A stretch of 64,000 nt of DNA from an uncultured Prevotellaceae bacterium (GCA_946406435.1 CAMJKP010000009.1:8166-72165); one strand, 5' to 3'; shown: positions 51,046-59,636, counted from the first letter of the stretch. Numbers and translations are program-made. The notes: generated from the letters alone by a model not told the origin.

Positions 51046-53134
51046 AACTTTACACATATTACCTTTTATGATAGTTGCTGCGGTGGTCATAGTCATGGCC
51101 ATCGCAACAATCGTTGAAAAGATACACGGCACGACATTCGTCAGCACAAAGATATACTCCACATGGTGGTTTACCGTCATCTGGGCCGTACTTGCCATTG
51201 CATCAATAGCAAGAATCATCACAAGCGGAATGCAAAAGACATTGACCGTGCTGATGCTACATATATCTTTTGTCGTGATTCTTGCAGGAGCCCTTACCAC
51301 TCATCTCACATCAAAGAAAGGCTATCTGCATCTTCGTTGTAGCGAAACAGCAAGGCTATACGCAGAGCAAAGCAGCAACGGCGATATGCGAACCGCCACC
51401 CTACCCTTCTCCGTTATGCTCAATGATTTCAATATCAAGAACTACGAGGGTACTACAACGCATTCCGACTATGCCTCACACCTCACATTTTCAACGGATG
51501 AAGGAAGCACCGACGAAACGGTGTCTATGAACAATATCGCCGTGGTGGAAGGCTATCGTTTCTATCAGACTTCTTTCGACAGGGACATGAAGGGAAGCAT
51601 ACTGACGGTAACGTATGACCCTTATGGCACAGGAATAACATATATCGGCTACGGATTGCTGATTGTTAGTGCAGTTCTGCTTTTGATTCTGAGAACACCA
51701 AGGATAAAGCAGCTATACAGGCAGCTACAGGCCCCCTCCCCGCTCCCCCATAAAGGGGGAGAGCCGGAGAGCGAAAGGAAGTCCCCCTTTAAGAGGGATT
51801 TTGGGAATCTGCTTTTGTTTTTTTTCATTTTATTATCTGCAACCTCATTTGCCAAAACTCCAGTAGTTGCAAAAGAAGATGCGGAAAAAGCAGAGAGAAA
51901 GCTGATTGTATATAACGGAAGGGTGTGCCCTCTAAACACGTTGGCGCATGACTTTTGCCTAAAGGTTACGGGAAAGACCTCGTACAAAGGACTTTCTGCC
52001 GAACAACTTCTTCTTTCTTTGCCTATGGCTCCAGAGGAATGGAGCGAGAAACAACTTCTGAAGATAAAGAACAAGGCTCTAAAGGAAAGACTTGGCATAA
52101 ACTCCGACCTTGCACGCATCAAGGATTTCTATGAGAGCGACGGAAGATACAAACTCGACATCCTTCTCAATGAGCAGATGAGCAAGGGCGAAGATGAACA
52201 GGACAAGAAACTTGTGCGCTCGATATATGATGTTGACGAACAGATTTCTCTTGTAAATGCCGCCGTAACAGGCAAGCTCATAGAGCCTTACAAAGGCAAC
52301 AACCCGCCAAGCGAAACCCGCATCTCGGCAGAGATTCTATATAATCAACTGCCACTAACCGTTGTGGGGGCATTTATGATTCTGACAGGCATCCTTATAA
52401 TCGTGATCGCGGAAATCATAAGAAAGAAAGGTTTTGCAGTAAAATTAGGCATACTGCTGATTATCTCCGCTTTTCAGCTTGCCGTTTTCATTCTGCGTTG
52501 GTATATCTCAGGTAACATACCCCTCTCTAACGGCTATGAGACAATGGCATTCGTTTCCCTATCCACTTCCTTGCTGACATTATCGGCAATATGGATGCTC
52601 AGGAAACAGACTTTCGTATGCAATACGGTGACAATAGGAGGATTGATGATTGCGGGTCTCACATTACTTGTGGCTCATCTGTCAGAAATGTCGCCACAGA
52701 TAACCTCCCTGATGCCTGTACTTCATTCGCCTTGGCTTACCACCCACGTATCCCTGATAATGATCTCGTACTCGCTATTCGCCTTTATGGCGGTAATAGC
52801 TGGCGTTGACCTTGTGAAGAAAGACGCCCGACTTGATGCCCTAAACCGACTGATGCTCTATCCTGCAGAGATATTCCTAACAATAGGCATCTTCCTCGGA
52901 GCTATATGGGCTAACCAGTCATGGGGAACTTACTGGAGCTGGGATCCTAAGGAGGTTTGGGCTTTGATATCAATGTTAATCTATTGCGTACCTCTTCATG
53001 TTGGCTCATTACCGGTGATGCGCAAGGCTAAGGTGCATGACATTTATCTGATAATAGCGTTCCTGTCAATCCTAATGACCTATTTCGGGGTTAATTATTT
53101 ATTAGGAGGCATGCACAGCTATGCTGGCAACTAA
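51029..53134 (+). CDS. ccsA: Cytochrome c biogenesis protein CcsBA (ResB-CcsA fusion, system II)
   Basis: IYSTWWF, MLHISF, SMNN...GYRFYQ, WWD motif GAIWANQSWGTYWSWDPKEVW, terminal GMHSYA. Confidence 0.92.
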   Translation: MAQKNRTLHILPFMIVAAVVIVMAIATIVEKIHGTTFVSTKIYSTWWFTVIWAVLAIASIARIITSGMQKTLTVLMLHISFVVILAGALTTHLTSKKGYLHLRCSETARLYAEQSSNGDMRTATLPFSVMLNDFNIKNYEGTTTHSDYASHLTFSTDEGSTDETVSMNNIAVVEGYRFYQTSFDRDMKGSILTVTYDPYGTGITYIGYGLLIVSAVLLLILRTPRIKQLYRQLQAPSPLPHKGGEPESERKSPFKRDFGNLLLFFFILLSATSFAKTPVVAKEDAEKAERKLIVYNGRVCPLNTLAHDFCLKVTGKTSYKGLSAEQLLLSLPMAPEEWSEKQLLKIKNKALKERLGINSDLARIKDFYESDGRYKLDILLNEQMSKGEDEQDKKLVRSIYDVDEQISLVNAAVTGKLIEPYKGNNPPSETRISAEILYNQLPLTVVGAFMILTGILIIVIAEIIRKKGFAVKLGILLIISAFQLAVFILRWYISGNIPLSNGYETMAFVSLSTSLLTLSAIWMLRKQTFVCNTVTIGGLMIAGLTLLVAHLSEMSPQITSLMPVLHSPWLTTHVSLIMISYSLFAFMAVIAGVDLVKKDARLDALNRLMLYPAEIFLTIGIFLGAIWANQSWGTYWSWDPKEVWALISMLIYCVPLHVGSLPVMRKAKVHDIYLIIAFLSILMTYFGVNYLLGGMHSYAGN

Positions 53135-53305
53135 TCATCATTAGTAGGTATTTTCCTTTTAAAGAAGGAAGAATTTATCATTGTTTTTTGGTATTCTTGC
53201 CAAAATGCAGTAACTTTGCAAAAGAATTTGGCAAAAGGCAAAAGACGAATGGCAAAAGACTTTAGACCTTAGACTTTAGCCTTTTTATGCAATAAAAACA
53301 AAAAA

Positions 53306-54421
53306 ATGTCATATAATCAACAGACAATAAAACTAAATAAGGCGCGTGCCGAGGTGTATGTATTCGATAATGGCTCTGAGGTGCGCGAGGCTCATGCGAT
53401 GATCCATGCGGATAACATCGGTATGACATACAAGGAGCAGCTTGATGCCGTTCTTGATGCCTATGCCTCTTTGCGCGAGGATCTTCTCAAGGGATATGTA
53501 GCCGTTTTCAAGCGTTACTATCTTAGCGATTCTGCCAACCAAGCCGAAATGGTCTTGGAGCGTGAAACAAAGGAATGTGCAATATCTGTAATTGAACAGC
53601 CACCTCTCGACGGCACAAAGATTGCCATCTGGGTATATATGATGACCGGTGTGGAGACTCGTGTCTCTGAAAGCGGTCTCTATGAGGTTAAGCAAGGCAA
53701 ATACCGCCACCTATGGAATGGAAGTGCCTATAACATGGCAGCAAGTAGCGAGTACCAGACTCATCATCTTCTCGAGGAATATATTGAGCAACTTGAAAAG
53801 GAAGGCTGTACTCTCGAAAAGAACTGCATCCGCACTTGGTTCTTCGTGGCAAACGTGGACCTTAACTATGGTGGTGTGGTTCGTGCCCGAAATCATGTGT
53901 TCTTCCATCAAGGATTGACAAACCAGACTCATTTCATTGCCTCTACTGGCATAGGCGGCCGTCAGGCTGATCCTAATGTCCTTGTGCAGCTCGACAACTA
54001 TGCTGTTGATGGTATAACCAAGGATCAGATAAAGTATCTCTATGCCCCAACCCACCTAAACCGCACAAGCGACTATGGCGTCAGCTTCGAGCGTGGCACA
54101 TACGTTGACTATGAGGATAGACGTCACGTGTTTATAAGCGGTACGGCAAGTATCGACAACAAGGGTATGGTTGTTCATACCGGCGATATTGTCCGTCAGA
54201 CAGAGCGTATGCTTGAGAATATCGAGGTACTCCTTGCCGAGGCTGATTGTACATGGGAGAACGTAAGCGAGATGTCCGTCTATCTTCGTGACGTAGCGGA
54301 CTACGACATCGTTAGCCAAATGTTTGCAGAACGCTTCCCTAACAAGCCTTACGTCATCGTTCTTGCCCCAGTCTGCCGTCCAGGCTGGCTGATAGAGACG
54401 GAGTGTATGGCGATAAAGTAG
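53306..54421 (+). CDS. Rid family hydrolase (two-domain, FkbO/Hyg5-like)
   Basis: CIRTW, HFIASTGIGG, YGVSFERG, FISGTASID, VCRPGWLIETE. Confidence 0.8.
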   Translation: MSYNQQTIKLNKARAEVYVFDNGSEVREAHAMIHADNIGMTYKEQLDAVLDAYASLREDLLKGYVAVFKRYYLSDSANQAEMVLERETKECAISVIEQPPLDGTKIAIWVYMMTGVETRVSESGLYEVKQGKYRHLWNGSAYNMAASSEYQTHHLLEEYIEQLEKEGCTLEKNCIRTWFFVANVDLNYGGVVRARNHVFFHQGLTNQTHFIASTGIGGRQADPNVLVQLDNYAVDGITKDQIKYLYAPTHLNRTSDYGVSFERGTYVDYEDRRHVFISGTASIDNKGMVVHTGDIVRQTERMLENIEVLLAEADCTWENVSEMSVYLRDVADYDIVSQMFAERFPNKPYVIVLAPVCRPGWLIETECMAIK

Positions 54422-54590
54422 ACCCACCCCCTCACCCCTCCCGTAAATGGAGGGGAGTATATACATTTTTCAAATCAGAAAATGCCGCTTATGGAAATCA
54501 ATCCATAAGCGGCATTTATATTAATCCCTATTGATTAGAAGTACTAATTACTCCCCTCCCTTTACGGGAGGGGGCAAGGGGGTGGGTCTT
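54420..54590. repeat. Inverted REP-like doublet enclosing a bidirectional terminator hairpin
   Basis: AGACCCACCCCCTCACCCCTCCCGTAAATGGAGGGGAGT / AATGCCGCTTATGGA..TCCATAAGCGGCATT / ACTCCCCTCCCTTTACGGGAGGGGCAAGGGGGTGGGTCT, between convergent genes. Confidence 0.85.
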
Positions 54591-55453
54591 TACCCGTAAA
54601 TAATCTTTCCCGTCTCCTTATCCGTATTCTCAGGGATAAAGCTCTTGTTATACTGAGTCATACCACGGAGAGACATACCCATGTTAGAGAAACCACCATC
54701 GTGGAAGAGAGTCTGCATAGTAACCTTACGGGTAAGGTCAGAGAACATAACCACGCAATAGTCGGCACACTCATCAGCACTTGCGTTGCCAAGCGGAGAC
54801 ATACGGTCAGCATAGTCAAGCATACCGTCGAAGCCCTTGATACCGCCACCAGCAGTCGTCATGGTAGGAGACTGAGAGATTGTATTTACACGAACACCCT
54901 TCTCACGACCATAGATATAACCGAAAGAACGTGCGATAGACTCAAGCAGAGCCTTAGCATCAGCCATATCATTATAACCGAAGAATGTGCGATGTGAAGC
55001 AACGTAAGTGAGAGCAAGGATAGAACCGTATTCTGCAATAGCGTCAAGCTTCTTTGCAACCTGTATCATCTTATGGAAAGAGATAGCAGAGATGTCGAGA
55101 GTCTTGTCGAGGAAATCGTAGTCAAGATCATCGTATGTACGCTTCTTTCGCATATTCATAGACATAGCACATGAATGGAGAACGAAATCGATCTTGCCAC
55201 CGAGAGCCTTCTGAGCCTCAACGAAGAGATTCTCAAGATCCGCAACGCTTGTAGCATCTGCTGGGATGATTACTGCATTTGTCTTCTTTGCGAGTTCGTC
55301 GATAGTACCCATACGACATGCAACCTCTGTGTTAGTGAGAACTATCTGTGCGCCCTCTTCAACGGCACGCTCAGCAACCTTCCAAGCGATAGACTGGTCA
55401 TTAAGTGCGCCGAAGATGATTCCGCGCTTGCCCTTAAGTAAATTGTAAGACAT
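54590..55453 (-). CDS. fabI: Enoyl-ACP reductase
   Basis: LLKGKRGIIFGALNDQSIAW, YNDMADAKALLESIARSFG, VNTISQSPT. Confidence 0.93.
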   Translation of the reverse strand: MSYNLLKGKRGIIFGALNDQSIAWKVAERAVEEGAQIVLTNTEVACRMGTIDELAKKTNAVIIPADATSVADLENLFVEAQKALGGKIDFVLHSCAMSMNMRKKRTYDDLDYDFLDKTLDISAISFHKMIQVAKKLDAIAEYGSILALTYVASHRTFFGYNDMADAKALLESIARSFGYIYGREKGVRVNTISQSPTMTTAGGGIKGFDGMLDYADRMSPLGNASADECADYCVVMFSDLTRKVTMQTLFHDGGFSNMGMSLRGMTQYNKSFIPENTDKETGKIIYG

Positions 55454-55794
55454 TTTTTGTTATCTGAATTTATAAAATATATTAGTCTTTTAAATGTAAC
55501 TATATGGAAAGAAGTGTAATTATGCTCTAAAAATAGTGCACACTTTATATTTCCGTGTGCAAAGTTACTAATAAAATTGTGTACGTACAACAATTTTCAA
55601 GAAAAAATACAATAAATGTTCGTTATTTCTATATTTTTCAACGTTATTTCTGTATTTTTAGCCTATTTTTCATGGTTTTTCTCATAAATCAACATATTTC
55701 ACACCCAAGTTACACTCATAAAATTAATGAGAAATTAATGTGATATAAATGGGCATTATATGTTTTCACTCTGCGAGGAAACCCTAATTAACAC

Positions 55795-55990
55795 AACGTG
55801 AATTCGACGAATTCAAAAACACTCCAACAAGGCAACTCCGTTGCTTGGCTTTACAGAAAATTGTTCACGATGACCAGAAAATTTAATCCAGAAAATTTTA
55901 ATTTTCTGGCAATTTTCTAAAAATTTTTGTTCCGCAAACAGCAGCTTGCTACCAAAAATAACAAAACTTTTAATTAGTCAAGCTCACGTT
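55795..55990 (+). mobile_element. MITE-like element with imperfect terminal inverted repeats
   Basis: Ends AACGTGAATTCGACGAATT and AATTAGTCAAGCTCACGTT (15/19 inverted match); an inverted second copy lies at 59441-59636. Confidence 0.55.
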
Positions 55991-56027
55991 AAAATCGTAT
56001 TAATTGAATTTTCGTAAGTTTCGTAAA

Positions 56028-56165
56028 GTCAACTCCGAAGCAAGTCCTATGCAACTCCCTACCAAACTCGATGCAACTCCCATTTCTCGCCTATTCTATG
56101 GAACGGACTTGCAACGGACTTAAAGCGAAGGTGAAGCGAAGGATAAACGAAGGCATAACGAACCG
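56028..56165 (-). repeat. 11-bp-period array D'
   Basis: CAACTCCGAAG CAAGTCCTATG CAACTCCCTAC CAAACTCGATG CAACTCCCAT ... GGAACGGACTT GCAACGGACTT AAAGCGAAGGT GAAGCGAAGGA TAAACGAAGGC. Confidence 0.85.
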
Positions 56166-56214
56166 TTTAGTTGCTCACCTTTACAGAAAGAAAAAAACAG
56201 AATTTTGACACCAC

Positions 56215-56545
56215 TCTGCAACTCGTCACCCATAACGCTGTAATAAAGTGAGCATCAGACAATTACACGGGTGATTCATCTTAATCCACTCGTCACCCAC
56301 TCATCACCCTTAAGTAGTATATCATTCTGATATAGAGTTACTTACAAAGACGATTCACTCGTCACCCTAAAAATGGGTGACGAGTGAAGAGAGGATAAAA
56401 TGCGCGTGTAATATTCATATTATCAATAAGATACACGGATTTGGGTGACGAGTCGGGTGACGAGTGGTATAGGGTGAATTAGCGCTACAATCCTCAATGT
56501 CACAACGATTTACAGCGTTACGGGTGACGAGTGACGAGTTTTTTC
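56215..56545. repeat. Iteron-like block D (word ACTCGTCACCC / GGGTGACGAGT)
   Basis: Eight or more copies in both orientations; outer inverted repeat ACTCGTCACCCATAACGCTGTAA (56221) / TTACAGCGTTACGGGTGACGAGT (56510); central hairpin 56356-56386. Confidence 0.88.
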
Positions 56546-56704
56546 AAAACTTTTTTTCTGAATACGAAAATTCAACCATATTGGTTACTATTTTTTCGTG
56601 CAAAAATTAATGCGATATTAATGTGGTATTAATGGGCATTATATGTCTCACTCCGTGAGGAAACATTAATTACCACTAATTACACATTAATATCGCATTA
56701 ATGC

Positions 56705-59047
56705 TTAGAGACTGAGACGGAAGCCGAAGCTCATTGTACGAGCAGCGCCCCAGTAGCCTGTAAATGTGTCGAGGTCATGAGTCTTTCCATCAGTACCACG
56801 CTCTATATACTTAGAGTCGAGGAGGTTGCGGCCTGTTGCGAAGAGATTTATACGGATGTCATTGGTAAGAGCGCCTTCCCAACCGAATGTGGCATCAAGA
56901 AGATGATATGAAGGGAACTCGTAAGAGTCTGTCTTATCGTTAGGAGTACGGCTTGAAGGCTCGAAATCAGCATACATACGGGCGTTGAACTGCCATCCTG
57001 CGTGGATATAGAAACCGCCATGAAGCTTTGCATCGAGCTGTGCACCCAACTGAGTCTGTGGAGCATCGCCCACGTGAAGTCCGTCGCAAGAGATAGAGGT
57101 CTCCTTGAGAGTTTCACCAGAATATGTATCGTATGTAATGGCATTACCAGAGTTCTTCCATTTCCAGGAAGCTGTCATAGCATAAACGCTTGCCTTGAGC
57201 CAAGGGGTAAGTTGCTGATGAGCGTTGAGCTCAATACCTGTATGGAGAGCGTTGAGGCCCTTGATCTGATACTTCTCAGCAGCTGCATTAGCCTGCTTTG
57301 CAGCACTAACGGTAAGGGTTTTGTTTCGCCAAGAAGCGATATAGGCAGAAAGTTCCATGCCACCGCCGTTCCAAGTAGGGCGCCATCCCATTTCAGCCAT
57401 GATGTTAGTCTCGTTGGTGATATCGTTGGTAATGCTCAAGTCGCTTGAAGCAAGATATACGCCAGCATAAGGAAGACGAGAATTGTAGCCGGCATTGAAA
57501 TAGAGAGCGTTGTTATCATCAGCCTTCCAAAGTATTCCGCCCTTGAAACTTGCGCCCATACCATGAGCCCAATCAGACTTCTGTCCGTTGGCATCATTAT
57601 GACGGCGGTAGTTGCCGTTGAACACAGACACACCGAGGTTAGCATTTATCTTTTCAGAAGTATAAGAGCCCTGAACATAGCCGGAGATATGATGAGTGGT
57701 ACGACCATAACGAGAACCCACATAGTCGCCAAGGGTAAGGGAAGCGCCAGAAGAAGGATCGATAAATGATTCACCACCAAGCATATCGAGGATAACCATC
57801 TTTGACCATGTGTCGAAATACTGGTACTGAAGTCCGGCACTTGCTTTCCAGGAATCTGTAATCTTATAGTCACCAGAGGCAATAGCTCCAAACTGGTTAT
57901 GTCCAGAGAGATAGTCAATCATCACGTTCTTTGAAATGCCATCCTCCATGTTCTCTGCCACGATAGCATCAAAATTGATATGACCGTCGTTGGTCTGATG
58001 ATTGATGATAGCAGGAATACCAGACTTATAGTTGTTGTACGTGCTACTACCTCCACCATCGGCAATAGCAAGATAGAGAGAGTTCTTCATTGAGAAACGC
58101 TCACCATTCATAATATGCTGGAGCGTGAAGTATGGCTTGAAATAGTGGTTATGACCGATGCTGTATTGCTTGCCATTATAGTAACCCCAGTTCTTCGAAT
58201 AGTCACGGCCGTACTTATCCACCTCAGCAGCAGTCAGTTCTGTATTTCGCTGATCATGCTTCTCTGGAGAGCCGAGAGCCGTAAAGATGAGGGTATTGGT
58301 CTGGTTGAGAATCTTAGAGATAGAGAGCATATATGAGAATGTCTCTACATTGGTCTTCTCCACATATCCAGGGCCCTTGACGTATGCGAGGTTAAGGTCA
58401 ACCGTCCAACCATTCTTCAATAGACCTGATGAATAGCCGAAAGTGCCCTTCGTTGTGCCGTATTCGGTTGTTGACATTCCGAAATCAATAACAGGAAGCT
58501 CAGAAGCAGTACGGGTAACGATGTTCACCATACCACCCATAGCGCAGTCGGCAAGCATAGAAGCGCCGAGACCTTTCTGCACCTGAACAGAATAGGTGGC
58601 ATCAGCCAAGCCCATCCAGTTGTTCCAGTACATAGAGCCGGATGTGAGTCCCTGAATAGGAATACCATTAAGGAGAATAGAGATGTTATCCTGCTTGAAA
58701 CCACGCATATTGAGCGTAGCATCACCATAGGAGCCGGTAGAAGCGGTTGCATACACACCTGGAAGTCCCTGGAACATCTCAAGATAGTTAGGTGCTGTCT
58801 GGTGCAGACGGATATCCGCAGGAGTAATTGTAGAGAGATTGAGTGGAGTCTCGTTAGCCTTAACGAAATGGGCACTAACGGTTACTTCCTGAAGGTTGAT
58901 GGCAGAGTCTGCCATTAAATCGAGGGGATTAGCCTCTGTTTCTGACACGTTGCTAATAGTACGCATAGCCTCAACGCCCTTGTCAGCGTATGAGAGACTT
59001 GGTAGAATTGCGATACCTAAAGCAACAACTGAAAGTGATTTCTTCAT
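56705..59047 (-). CDS. TonB-dependent outer-membrane receptor
   Basis: Signal peptide; plug domain LPGVY...LNMRGF...ILLNGIP...VQKG...GGMVNIVT; terminal NLLDSKY...RTMSFGFRLSL. Confidence 0.92.
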   Translation of the reverse strand: MKKSLSVVALGIAILPSLSYADKGVEAMRTISNVSETEANPLDLMADSAINLQEVTVSAHFVKANETPLNLSTITPADIRLHQTAPNYLEMFQGLPGVYATASTGSYGDATLNMRGFKQDNISILLNGIPIQGLTSGSMYWNNWMGLADATYSVQVQKGLGASMLADCAMGGMVNIVTRTASELPVIDFGMSTTEYGTTKGTFGYSSGLLKNGWTVDLNLAYVKGPGYVEKTNVETFSYMLSISKILNQTNTLIFTALGSPEKHDQRNTELTAAEVDKYGRDYSKNWGYYNGKQYSIGHNHYFKPYFTLQHIMNGERFSMKNSLYLAIADGGGSSTYNNYKSGIPAIINHQTNDGHINFDAIVAENMEDGISKNVMIDYLSGHNQFGAIASGDYKITDSWKASAGLQYQYFDTWSKMVILDMLGGESFIDPSSGASLTLGDYVGSRYGRTTHHISGYVQGSYTSEKINANLGVSVFNGNYRRHNDANGQKSDWAHGMGASFKGGILWKADDNNALYFNAGYNSRLPYAGVYLASSDLSITNDITNETNIMAEMGWRPTWNGGGMELSAYIASWRNKTLTVSAAKQANAAAEKYQIKGLNALHTGIELNAHQQLTPWLKASVYAMTASWKWKNSGNAITYDTYSGETLKETSISCDGLHVGDAPQTQLGAQLDAKLHGGFYIHAGWQFNARMYADFEPSSRTPNDKTDSYEFPSYHLLDATFGWEGALTNDIRINLFATGRNLLDSKYIERGTDGKTHDLDTFTGYWGAARTMSFGFRLSL

Positions 59048-59164
59048 TTTTGAAAAGAAAGCTTTAAATTGTTATTAATAAATTAGGCATACAATTCAAG
59101 GCTTTCTTGCATAACGGGAGAAAACGTTATGCAGATGTTTTGTTCCTGAACACGATATTGCTCA

Positions 59165-59272
59165 GTCTTCTTCCATCCAGACTATACTGTCGGTACCGTA
59201 ATTGCAACGGTTCATGCCCAAAGGCTTGCGGACTTTACCGCCGATCGGGAATTTCACCCTGCCCTGAAGAGT
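59165..59272 (-). ncRNA. FMN riboswitch (RFN element)
   Basis: Minus strand reads TCTTCAGGGCAGGGTGAAATTCCCGATCGGCGGTAAAGTCCGC...GACAGTATAGTCTGGATGGAAGAAGA, the canonical RFN conserved blocks. Confidence 0.95.
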
Positions 59273-59313
59273 TTGCAAAGGCGCGAAAACACGCCAAATT
59301 TTAAAATCGGGTG

Positions 59314-59321
59314 CAAAAGTA
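59314..59321 (-). promoter_or_regulatory. -7 promoter element upstream of the riboswitch
   Basis: TACTTTTG(CA) about 40 bp upstream of the RFN element. Confidence 0.7.
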
Positions 59322-59440
59322 ATGATTTTTCCTTAAACAAGCAAATAATTTGAAAGAAAATGTATAGGTTTGTTAATTTGGACAGGTTTTGAAAGTAAAT
59401 TATCAGTAAATTGGAATCAGTAAATTAAAAAGGGAATCAA

Positions 59441-59636
59441 AAACTTTGTTGTTTTAGCAGCAAGCTGCTATTTACGGAACAAAAATTATCCAAAATTACC
59501 AGAAAATTTATTCCAAAAAATTTATTTTTTTATAATTTTCTGAGTAAAATTTTCTGGTCATCGTGAATAATTTTCTGTAAAGTCAAGCAACGAAGTTGCG
59601 TTTATTAGGGCATTTTGAATTCGTCGAATTCTGGTT
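59441..59636 (-). repeat. Inverted copy of the 55795-55990 element
   Basis: Reverse complement GAATTCGACGAATTCAAAA...GCAACTTCGTTGCTTGACTTTACAGAAAATTATTCACGATGACCAGAAAATTT...TTTTTGTTCCGTAAATAGCAGCTTGCT aligns by eye to 55800-55970. Confidence 0.85.

Noticed and set aside
59109-59133. Hairpin after the FMN aptamer as a classical intrinsic terminator
   Set aside because: No U-tract follows on the transcribed (minus) strand, so the expression-platform mechanism is unresolved.
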